The position numbers were made by a program, and so were the translations under genes. From the NCBI GenBank assembly GCA_049472355.1, contig JBLIRP010000100.1:1-12820 (forward strand): DNA of 12,820 bases. The letters are read 5' to 3'. The notes beneath the pieces are model-generated. The model saw nothing but the letters and a program-made list of their open reading frames with translations. It was not told the origin of the DNA and ran no database searches. The stretch comes from a bacterium (GTDB lineage Bacteria > SZUA-182 > DTGQ01 > JAFGSM01). Below are positions 1 through 7,486 of this stretch, one piece after another; the stretch's first letter is position 1; each line of letters starts with the position of its first letter.

Positions 1-1120
1 GGCCTACGACCTTTCACCGCGGATTCAGGACCCATCGTTTTCAAGGATTCTTCTTACATCTTCAACAAGGCGGGCGCATCATCCCCTGAAGGATATCTAC
101 TGGGCGTCATTCCGGGTGTACTTCTGATGCCCGTATGCCCAATCTGAAACACACCCTTACTTCAAAAAGAGAGAGCTACTTGACACATTAAGGCAGCATC
201 TGATACCCTCATAAAGGGTAACATATGATGTCCTCATCGTACGATTTCCCATCAAAGACTTCTTTCTTATACCACCCATTATGGCAAAAGAGCCGGGCAT
301 ATACCGTCCTCGCTTGCCTCAAAAAACACCATTCTATCAATGCATCGCTGATCATTTTGAGGAGTTTGTACAGGTCTATGATGAGCGGTATGAACAACAC
401 TATGGATTCTGGAGGCCGGTTATTGCCGAGGTTATAGAAAAATACCTGGAGTGTGGCGATCTTGCCCATGGGTTTGCAAGGGTACGCTGCGACCACTGCG
501 GTCATGAGTATCTCCTGGCATTCTCCTGCAAGGGAAGGTATTTTTGTCCATCATGCCATATGAAGAGGGTGCTCCAGTTTTCTGATTGTTTAACTACTGA
601 GGTCTTAGAAAGGGTCACTCATCAGCAGTATGTGGTCACAATACCCAAAATCATTCGTCCCTATTTCAAGTACAACAGAAGTCTTTTAGGAAAGCTTTGC
701 CTATGCGCATGGGATGGTCTACACATCAAAGCGGGGCACTGTTTCCTATGAACCGCTTGATTGGCTTGCTGCCATTACCTCGCATATTCCCGATAAGGGT
801 GCTCAGAACGTCCGCCATTACGGCATATATTCAAACAAATCAAGAGGAATTCAGAAAAAATCAGAACAAATGGTAAGCGGTGAACTCGTTATCGCAGATT
901 CCATTCCTTCCAAAAAATCTTGCAGCAAAACCTGGGCCGCCCTCATCAAGAAGGTATACGAAGTCGACCCGCTGGTATGCCCCCGCTGTTTGCACCACAT
1001 GAGAATCATCTCGATCATAAAGCAGCCGGAAATCATCGAAAAGATCCTCAAGCATTGTGACCTCTGGCAGCCTCAGGCACATGGCCCTCCGATGATCGGC
1101 GTTTCTCCTTCTCCGGTATA

Positions 1121-1226
1121 CCATCCCCCGCTTCACCATCTGCTAATTTCTACCTTAATATTTGCCTTGACAAAAATTGAAAACCCTGGCTATAATTCTG
1201 CCCAGAAAAGCAATTGCCTATCAGTT
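1121..1226 (+). mobile_element. oriIS-like right end of the IS91-family element
   Basis: Lies downstream of the transposase and ends ...AAAAGCAATTGCCTATCAGTT. This resembles the recalled ...TTCCTATA/C oriIS ends of IS91/IS1294/ISCR elements. The last 33 bp recur at 1292-1324 and a diverged copy occurs at 4192-4296. Confidence 0.65.
1167..1196 (+). promoter_or_regulatory. Outward-facing sigma-70-type promoter in the IS end
   Basis: Perfect TTGACA (1167-1172), 18-bp spacer, perfect TATAAT (1191-1196). Confidence 0.65.
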
Positions 1227-1324
1227 ATCAGTATCAGTTATCAGTAGTTCCAATACAGTGTCTTCCTGCAGGGATACCTTCAAACTCTTCCAATTCTGCC
1301 CAGAAAAGCAATTGCCTATCAGTT
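1194..1324 (+). repeat. Perfect 33-bp direct repeat (1194-1226 and 1292-1324) with a short TATCAGT tandem run
   Basis: AATTCTGCCCAGAAAAGCAATTGCCTATCAGTT occurs twice. About four (T)ATCAGT units lie at 1219-1245, and AGTTCCAAT follows both copies. Confidence 0.95.
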
Positions 1325-1596
1325 CAGTTCCAATCGAAGACCTTGAAGAACACAGTCGCTCATTTACCTTTGTTGCCCCCAATACAAATGTAGAGACCAG
1401 TACGCTGATATTTGAATTGACCGTGAGCGATAGTTTTGAGGGGAGTTTTGATACGGACGAGGTGACGATTACCGTAAGGGATGATGACATAGATGATGAT
1501 GAGGTGACTAATGATAATGACAACTGCCCTGAGGTATACAACCCTGATCAAACGGATTCCAACGGAAACGGCATAGGCGATGCGTGTGTTTTTTGA
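1325..1596 (+). pseudogene. 3' remnant of a surface protein gene: Ig-like (PKD/K319L-type) strands plus a thrombospondin type-3 Ca-binding repeat
   Basis: Reads FTFVAPNT...TLIFELTVSD...DTDEVTITV, then DDDEVTNDNDNCPEVYNPDQTDSNGNGIGDAC. The N-terminal part of ORF 1177-1596 is only translated IS-end sequence, so there is no credible start. Confidence 0.75.
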
Positions 1597-1763
1597 TCTG
1601 CATGGGTGTCAAGATGCCTGTGTCATGGCAGTGGTTTCCCTGAGACAAGCAGAGATTGGTTTCATAACACAATTAAACTTAATGATACAAAAGCTGCTTA
1701 AAAAATTGGATTTTAAGTTAAGGATTGTTAGGAAGCGATAGAGAAGAAAACAAAGAAAAGATA

Positions 1764-2183
1764 TTAGTATTCCTTAAGACCATTCAGAAATTGTTGTGGT
1801 GTTAATATTGATATGTCAGCCCATTTTGTTAAATTTAAAATGTGGGTATCGCCTGTAATGATAAACTTGGCACCTGAAACTAAAGCACAGGAAAGAACCT
1901 TGTCGTCATCCGGATCATCTTTGATAACGGCCTCTATTGCTTTATCCGGATACAATTCGGCTATCTCAAATATTGCAGCAATGAGTTTTTCACTGGATGT
2001 TTTATGCGTTGTTATAAAAGATGAAAAGAATGGTCGTTTAAGGACATCACGGAGTTCTTCGATCAAAAGAGGTGTTAAACAAAGAGTCAGGTCACCTTTT
2101 TCGATCAATTTTAATAGGTTATGTGGCGGGCCTTGCCAAAAAAGTGCTGATATAAGCACATTCGTATCAAGTACGACTTTCAC
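1764..2183 (-). CDS. PIN-domain toxin (VapC-like, PIN_3 type)
   Basis: MKVVLDTNVLISAL N-terminus and DDPDDDKVLSCAL...IITGD acidic motifs; 139 aa. GTG start overlaps the antitoxin stop (GTGA). Confidence 0.92.
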   Translation of the reverse strand: MKVVLDTNVLISALFWQGPPHNLLKLIEKGDLTLCLTPLLIEELRDVLKRPFFSSFITTHKTSSEKLIAAIFEIAELYPDKAIEAVIKDDPDDDKVLSCALVSGAKFIITGDTHILNLTKWADISILTPQQFLNGLKEY

Positions 2184-2416
2184 TTTTTTTTCTTTTCACT
2201 GCGATAGGCATGGACTTCTTTTACTATTTCCTTTAAAGGCATGGGGTTTTCTTTTACTCTTTCAGCTATCTCAGAGAGCTTCGGAGGATTGATCCGTTTT
2301 ATGATAAGGGTATCTCCTTCCATAAACCATATCAATTTATCAGAAGGCTTGAAAAAGGATCGAAGGTCCTTCGGAATACTTAATGTTCCGTCTTTATTGA
2401 TTTTGAGTGTTTGCAT
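2180..2416 (-). CDS. AbrB/MazE/SpoVT-family antitoxin
   Basis: KINKDGTLSIPKDLRSFFKPSDKLIWFMEGDTLIIKR swapped-hairpin signature; 78 aa; translationally coupled to the PIN gene; GAGG RBS. Confidence 0.9.
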   Translation of the reverse strand: MQTLKINKDGTLSIPKDLRSFFKPSDKLIWFMEGDTLIIKRINPPKLSEIAERVKENPMPLKEIVKEVHAYRSEKKKK

Positions 2417-2452
2417 TTATTCTTTCCTCGTATATTTCAAATTCATATTTAA

Positions 2453-2481
2453 AATGTACTACATGCCAAAGAGAGTGTCAA
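2453..2481 (-). promoter_or_regulatory. Promoter of the TA operon with an overlapping palindromic operator candidate
   Basis: Minus strand TTGACA (2481-2476), 17 bp, TACATT (2458-2453). Palindrome ATGTA-c-TACAT (2454-2464) overlaps the -10 element. Confidence 0.6.
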
Positions 2482-2887
2482 TATCGAAAAGCGGCACTAT
2501 GAATAATGATATTTCATTTTACATTTTTATAACAGGTGCTATTGAGGGTCTCTCATGGCCTTGATCCTTACTGCTGGCCAAGGTCAGAGAGAGCAAGAAT
2601 CACCATTCTTCCTTGCTGTAAAGAGATTTTTGGGCGGTTTTGATATCTTCCTCTGTAATGTTTACACCTTTGAGTATGCCTTTTCGGCCCCTGCGACCCG
2701 TGTGCTCAGGATGAAGAGCCAAGAGCCCTTGATGGTGAATTTTTATGTCTCCCTATTCATTGCCCCTGAGGGAAACGCCATCGTCATCGACGGGTAGGTT
2801 CATGGAGGAAAGCAGGATCGCGAAGCTGCGGGTCAACCTTGCCGGGACCTCTGCGGCAAAGCTGGTAAAGGCCGGAGGTAACCCGGG

Positions 2888-3123
2888 AAACTCCTGCTCT
2901 ATCCCATGATGTTCCGGAATGCGGTCCTGGCGCACGAACCCCACCGCATCACCTTCTATCTCAGGGAGCTCGCCGGCCTCTTCGACCCCTACTACCAGAA
3001 ATGCCGGGTCATCTCGGACGACCCGGCGCTCACGAAGGCGCGTCTCGCCTCTGCGAGGCGATACGCATCGTCGTAGGGCATGGATTGAAGATCCTTGGGG
3101 TGAATGCACCCGAGAGGATGTAG
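2888..3123 (+). pseudogene. argS: 3' fragment of arginine--tRNA ligase (DALR anticodon-binding domain) with a 1-nt frameshift
   Basis: Manual translation gives KLLLYPMMFRNAVLAHEPHRITFYLRELAGLFDPYYQKCRVISDDPALTKARLA, a frameshift at about 3049-3051, then CEAIRIVVGHGLKILGVNAPERM* (TAG 3121-3123). This is the characteristic ArgRS C-terminus. An in-frame TAA lies upstream at 2879. Not shown in the ORF track. Confidence 0.88.
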
Positions 3124-3456
3124 GTGACTCAAACGCAGCAGAGCAGGAACTTGGCATCTTTTGTCAACAAATTTTGATAAATCATTCCTCAATATATCCT
3201 GCCAAATCGTAGGAACTTTCTAAAACCTTTTATTTAAGAACAAGTTGACTCGAGCCCCTCTCATGGAATGGATTTTGCTTTTTTTCTTAAATCAGAAATC
3301 TTTGACATAACGATTGACATATTCATTTCCAGACCTTACACAGTCCCGGAAATCCAAATATTCACTTCCCCAGACATATCATTCAGGAAATCAGGGAATC
3401 CCATGGGATTGCGGAATGTCTCATCAGCCCACAAATTTATTTATGGAGGCAAGATA

Positions 3457-4086
3457 ATGAATTCGAACAGCGTATTGAAAAAGATTCTCGCCATTCTTAT
3501 TATTTGCACTGGTCTGTGTCTTCTCTATATTTCGATTGCCTTCTGCCAGTATTGGACCGCCCTGCCGCCATATAACACATTATGGCCTTTGTGGTCACCG
3601 ATTTTGTCACCATTGGACCCGGCTACAGGCTTAAATACACCCATCGTCGGCAGTCTGACGTCAGCCACTGAACTCCCCTTGCAGCCAGGGCTGACCTGGA
3701 ATCCCGCTCTCCCCTATCCGTGGCTTTTATATAACTCCCCCGTAGGTATGCTCTATTATGATGCCATGTTTGGTCTAAATGCATGGCCTCCGTCCAGCCT
3801 GATAAATCTAATGACGGGTGCACCATCTCCGTTGTTGTTACCGACAGGGTACGGCGGTCTTCCTCCAACCGATACGGCGTGGATACTGAATACGATTCCC
3901 GGCGCCAATAGCCTCTATACAACAAGCTATCCATATTTCGCATATATCGGGACATTGTCCTTACCCCTTACTGTTAACCTCCCTCCAATCAACGCGCTGA
4001 ATATAGCAAGCTATTTGGCCATGCTGCCTGTGCCCCCTGTCTTTGCGCCACCAGTCCTGAGTGCATCCGCCATCCTGGGATTATAA
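3457..4086 (+). CDS. Secreted Pro/Leu/aromatic-rich hypothetical protein
   Basis: GGAGG at 3445-3449 precedes ATG 3457, which is preferred over 3268. Sec-type signal peptide (KK, hydrophobic core, AFC|Q). The mature part starts QYWTALPPYNTLWPLWSP. Confidence 0.8.
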   Translation: MNSNSVLKKILAILIICTGLCLLYISIAFCQYWTALPPYNTLWPLWSPILSPLDPATGLNTPIVGSLTSATELPLQPGLTWNPALPYPWLLYNSPVGMLYYDAMFGLNAWPPSSLINLMTGAPSPLLLPTGYGGLPPTDTAWILNTIPGANSLYTTSYPYFAYIGTLSLPLTVNLPPINALNIASYLAMLPVPPVFAPPVLSASAILGL

Positions 4087-4191
4087 GGGGGATATAAATC
4101 GGCTTAGGGAAGCTATGCCTGTGTGCAAGGCAGACAATAAAGGATTTCTTTGGTGGGTGCCTTCCTGAGGGGGCGGTCCCTTATCTTCACG

Positions 4192-4296
4192 CCATTCCCC
4201 GCTTCAGCATCTACTAAGTTCTACTTGAATATTTGTGTTGACAAAAATTGAAAATCCTTTTTATACCTTTATCCAAAAAAGCGAGTTCCTGGTCAG
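4192..4296 (+). mobile_element. Solo diverged copy of the IS91-like oriIS end
   Basis: 4192-4291 aligns without gaps to 1121-1220 at 78/100 identity (hand count), including TTGACAAAAATTGAAAA. No transposase is adjacent. Confidence 0.75.
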
Positions 4297-4746
4297 AAAA
4301 AATCTGCTTCCCGTATCTCATTCTCCAGGGAAGAGGAACCGGGGCAATTCATGGGGTTATACGAGGATCACGCCTGATTTGCCTCCGGCCTCCGATATGG
4401 CGACTGCTGCGGGGTCATCCCCACCATGCCGCAAGTAGTGGATGCCAGCGACGACCGGGATTTGTTCCCACGCTCTCCCAACGCTTCATGATTCATTACT
4501 GATAGTTGCAGCTGTATGGTGTGGATGGAACTCGGGATGTGACATGGAAAAATCAGAGACCCGGCAGGATGATGAATGTAAGCGTATTGATTATATCCGC
4601 GAAAAGAGGGATTATAGAGTACAGGAGATATACACGCGTGGTTTCACGGATAACCAATCGGGATTGGAAGAAAAAGGCCGCGCCGCCCTGATGGGCACAA
4701 TGGTGTAATCATCGCCTAAAAGAGGGTGTCAGTATAGCATTTCAAT

Positions 4747-6276
4747 ATGGGAGTAATGATGCCACGAAGGTTTCAGTGGGCGATTGCGGTCCTTCTTATC
4801 GGAGGGACCCTTGTCATCTATCTCTACATATCGGACGGGTGGAAAGGCATGCGCCCGCTGGTTCTTCGCACCACGCAAACCGGGAAGGTCGATAAACAGG
4901 ACGGCTTGTCCCTCCTTCTCAATAAGGAACGAGACGAGTACGCCCGGCAAGGGAAGAGCGGTGACATCCCATCCCTTCAGGATTCAAGTGATGACACCCT
5001 CTCTTCTGACACCGCCGGGGCCGACGATCAGCACAGGGGTCGCAGGGGCGACGCGGATCGAGCCGCTGAAGGCCCGGTCGAGGCAACGGGCTCCACGCGC
5101 ATCCTGGATGTCGACCTCGCGGATATCGCCTACTATGATGAATCCCGGAAAAGTTACGTGCTTAACGAGATCGACCTGTACCATGCCCGGAAGATCCCTG
5201 GCGGCTTGGTGTCACTTCTCAAGGTGCTCAATCGAAAGGACATGCCCTCGGACTACTTTAGATGGGGAGAATATCAGGCTGCCTACGAGGAGATCGATCT
5301 TCTGCACCACGATGCCTATATCTGGCCCTTTTTCACCAATCCCGAGGCAAAGACAAACCTTTTCCTCCATCTCTTCACCCGGTACGCATCGGACAATCAG
5401 ACGTGGCGGACCTACGAAAAGGACAAGGCGGACTGCTCCCAGTTCTCACAGCGGATCTACCTGTTTCTCTCCCCGGAGGAAATCCATATCCCTGACGAGG
5501 ATTATTTTGCATTTCTCTTCTCCGACCCGGAAAACCGCTCGGAGCGGAAAAAGCTCTGCAACAAGATCCCCGGGGTGCTCTATACAACCATCATTCCCTA
5601 TACACTCAAACGTGAAGGCACCAGTCCCCCGGAGGGTCATGCCATGATCTCCTTCGCCCCGGATGACAATCCCGACCACTGGATACTCGGTGAGCCCCAG
5701 AGTGGGGCGTTCGAGCGCTTCGGTGGAGATGTCGGCCGCATCCTGAACGAGGAGTACACCAGGCATCCGCTGCTCTGCCGTCTGGGGAATGTGACAAGCA
5801 TCGAGGGGAGCGACGCCCACGAGGCAATCACGGACATTACGGAGGCATACCTCTTTCCACGCTCCACATTCTGGAACAGCCGATACGCCGTCGACGACCC
5901 ACGCGGTTCATACAGTGAAAGGCCGATCCGGATTCAAGGCCCTGCCCTGGGCATCTTCGACCTCCTCACCACGTATGTAACCCGGGTGGTGAACAACCAG
6001 CCGACCGGTCGGTCGGATCTCGTGCGCTCGCTGGAGATAATCGCCTGGAATGAGGCACTCCACGATTTACAAATGAAGGATGCCGTAAACCTATCGATGG
6101 ATGCCGTCATGCACGGCGTCATGGACCTCGACAAATCGGACGTGAGGATGATCCTCGACAGCATGACTGACCTCGAGCACCAGGCTGAAAAAAAACCAGG
6201 GTTCTCCCCCCAGGCAAAGGCCCTCATCAGGGAAATGGCCTACCTTTTCAGGATAAAATGCACCCCCTTCCTGTGA
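4747..6276 (+). CDS. Membrane-anchored protein with a papain/transglutaminase-like cysteine-protease signature
   Basis: 509-aa ORF with GC3-rich codons, an N-terminal TM helix (WAIAVLLIGGTLVIYLYI) and a low-complexity linker. Motifs YEKDKADCSQFS, GHAMISF and WILGEPQSG occur in order. Confidence 0.75.
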   Translation: MGVMMPRRFQWAIAVLLIGGTLVIYLYISDGWKGMRPLVLRTTQTGKVDKQDGLSLLLNKERDEYARQGKSGDIPSLQDSSDDTLSSDTAGADDQHRGRRGDADRAAEGPVEATGSTRILDVDLADIAYYDESRKSYVLNEIDLYHARKIPGGLVSLLKVLNRKDMPSDYFRWGEYQAAYEEIDLLHHDAYIWPFFTNPEAKTNLFLHLFTRYASDNQTWRTYEKDKADCSQFSQRIYLFLSPEEIHIPDEDYFAFLFSDPENRSERKKLCNKIPGVLYTTIIPYTLKREGTSPPEGHAMISFAPDDNPDHWILGEPQSGAFERFGGDVGRILNEEYTRHPLLCRLGNVTSIEGSDAHEAITDITEAYLFPRSTFWNSRYAVDDPRGSYSERPIRIQGPALGIFDLLTTYVTRVVNNQPTGRSDLVRSLEIIAWNEALHDLQMKDAVNLSMDAVMHGVMDLDKSDVRMILDSMTDLEHQAEKKPGFSPQAKALIREMAYLFRIKCTPFL

Positions 6277-6459
6277 CCATACACGCGGAGCAACCCGGCA
6301 AAATTCCATTATAATTCTCGATTCATTGGTCTTCATCTCCATTGGCGCGAATATACACCCACAGGTGATAATCCTTTTGTTAGTTCCCATCAAACACCCA
6401 TGATCTTCCGATCACAACGAAGGATAAGATTTATGATGAAAAGCTCATTAGTTGGGAAC

Positions 6460-6562
6460 TTTCATGCGTCTTTGTGAGCCGAAGGCTCATCTGCGTTTCA
6501 CTTCTACATTCTACATTCTACATTCGATATTCGCAGTTTCATCAGGCTCATGAGCGTTTCAT
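6460..6562 (+). repeat. 103-bp element, left arm of an inverted pair; REP-like hairpin plus TTCTACA heptamers
   Basis: 96/103 identical to the reverse complement of 7487-7589 (hand alignment). Contains TGAGCC-GAA-GGCTCA and (TTCTACA)3-TTCGATA. Confidence 0.95.
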
Positions 6563-6676
6563 ATATATAATATGTATGAATTCTCCTCTATCCGCGAGAG
6601 AGTATTATCATAAAAAGGGGGGAAAATATGAAAGAGGAACGCAGCAGGCGGATGTGCGACAGTCGAAACGAGAGTC

Positions 6677-6711
6677 AAAAGGCCCGGATGAGAAGAATCA
6701 CCCGGGCCTTT
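6677..6711 (-). terminator. Intrinsic terminator of the Gly/Tyr/Met-rich gene (possibly bidirectional)
   Basis: Minus strand GGCCCGG-G-TGA-ttcttc-TCA-T-CCGGGCC followed by TTTT. The G-U pair forms only on the minus strand. Lies 30 bp past the stop at 6741. Confidence 0.75.
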
Positions 6712-6740
6712 GTTTATTTCAGATAAGCGTGGTTATGGAT

Positions 6741-7172
6741 TTACCAATAGCCGCCGTACATACCGTACATACCGCCGTACATACCGTACAACCCGCCGTA
6801 CATACCGTACAACCCACCGTACATGCCGTACATGCCGCCGTACATGCCGTACAGGCCACCGTACATCCCATACATACCGCCGTACAGGCCGCCATACATG
6901 CCACCGTACATGCCGCCGTACATACCGTACAGACCGCCGTACATGCCACCGTACATGCCACCGTACATACCGTACAGACCGCCGTACATGCCGCCGTACA
7001 TGCCATACATGCCGCCGTAGAGGCTCCCCAACAAGTTGGTCGTGCTCGTGGTGCCGAAACTGGCCAATCCTGTTCCGTACATACCGTAGTATGCATCGCC
7101 ATGGGTGGCCATACCGAGGCTCAGCGCAACTACCGCAATAATCACTATTCCGTACATCAAGGGTTTTTTCAT
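6741..7172 (-). CDS. Secreted Gly/Tyr/Met-rich low-complexity repeat protein
   Basis: GGAGG (7186-7182) lies 9 nt before the ATG. Signal peptide MKKPLMYGIVIIAVVALSLGMATHGDA|, then about 90 aa of YGGM/YGM/YGGL ending YW. DNA variation in the 9/12-bp units is mainly synonymous or M/L in this frame. A terminator follows. Confidence 0.88.
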   Translation of the reverse strand: MKKPLMYGIVIIAVVALSLGMATHGDAYYGMYGTGLASFGTTSTTNLLGSLYGGMYGMYGGMYGGLYGMYGGMYGGMYGGLYGMYGGMYGGMYGGLYGGMYGMYGGLYGMYGGMYGMYGGLYGMYGGLYGMYGGMYGMYGGYW

Positions 7173-7486
7173 TCTGACAGACCTCCATGCGCTTCCTGAA
7201 AAAGAATAACCGGAAACTAAACGCGACTACCATGTGCCATAGGCAAACCTCCTTGGACGAAAGAAAACTTTTTACCCTCTTCAAAAAATAGGGGCTCCAT
7301 CGTATCCGTCGGAGATACCAATAAAGCTGGAATAATGTGCAGTCACGAGAAAGAGGAGAATGATGCCCACATGAATTGGAAAAGTAGATCAATTAAGGTA
7401 TAAAAGATTGTGCTATGCAAACGATTCTTTATATATTGTACCATAAATGCAGGGATTTTTGTATTGCAGACCCGGGAATCCCTAAG

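Larger units (their letters stand above)
281..1247 (+). pseudogene. IS91-family (Y2/HUH rolling-circle) transposase, internally deleted and frameshifted
   Basis: ORF 281-751 has the transposase zinc-binding domain (YLECGDLAHGFARVRCDHC...FSCKGRYFCPSC, then HQQYVVTIPK). ORF 714-1247 has the typical C-terminus (LDWLAAITSHIPDKGAQNVRHYGIYSNKSRG...WAALIKKVYEVDPLVCPRC...HGPP). The expected central HUH motif and catalytic Tyr segment are absent. The halves join out of frame at about 709-714. Confidence 0.9.

Noticed and set aside
1..147. Possible 3' end of an upstream CDS (frame 2 ends ...DIYWASFRVYF*, vaguely CHAT-like; frame 1 is open to 147)
   Set aside because: Too short, with two competing open frames; cannot be assigned.
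1194..1324. 33-bp repeat-spacer-repeat as a mini CRISPR
   Set aside because: Only two copies, a 65-bp partly repetitive spacer, no cas genes, and the repeat is the IS end.
2753..3212. ORFs 2753-3157(-), 2919-3212(+) and 2992-3192(-)
   Set aside because: Shadow frames of the argS fragment.
3268..3456. Longer N-terminus for the Pro-rich gene
   Set aside because: RBS and signal peptide point to ATG 3457.
4340..4420. c-di-GMP-I riboswitch-like words (GGGCAA...GCCTCCGGCCT...GCGGGGT)
   Set aside because: Lacks the GNRA-capped P2 stem and the GCAAA junction; probably chance. An Rfam scan would settle it.
4235..4708. Short ORFs 4235-4438, 4248-4502, 4442-4708 and 4506-4691
   Set aside because: No RBS or recognisable motifs; two begin inside the IS-end copy.
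6474..7392. Alternative-frame repeat ORFs (VHTAVH, RRTYRT, CTACTV, PYMPPY, RHVRR)
   Set aside because: By-products of stop-free 9/12-bp repeats. Only 6741-7172(-) has an RBS, signal peptide and terminator.
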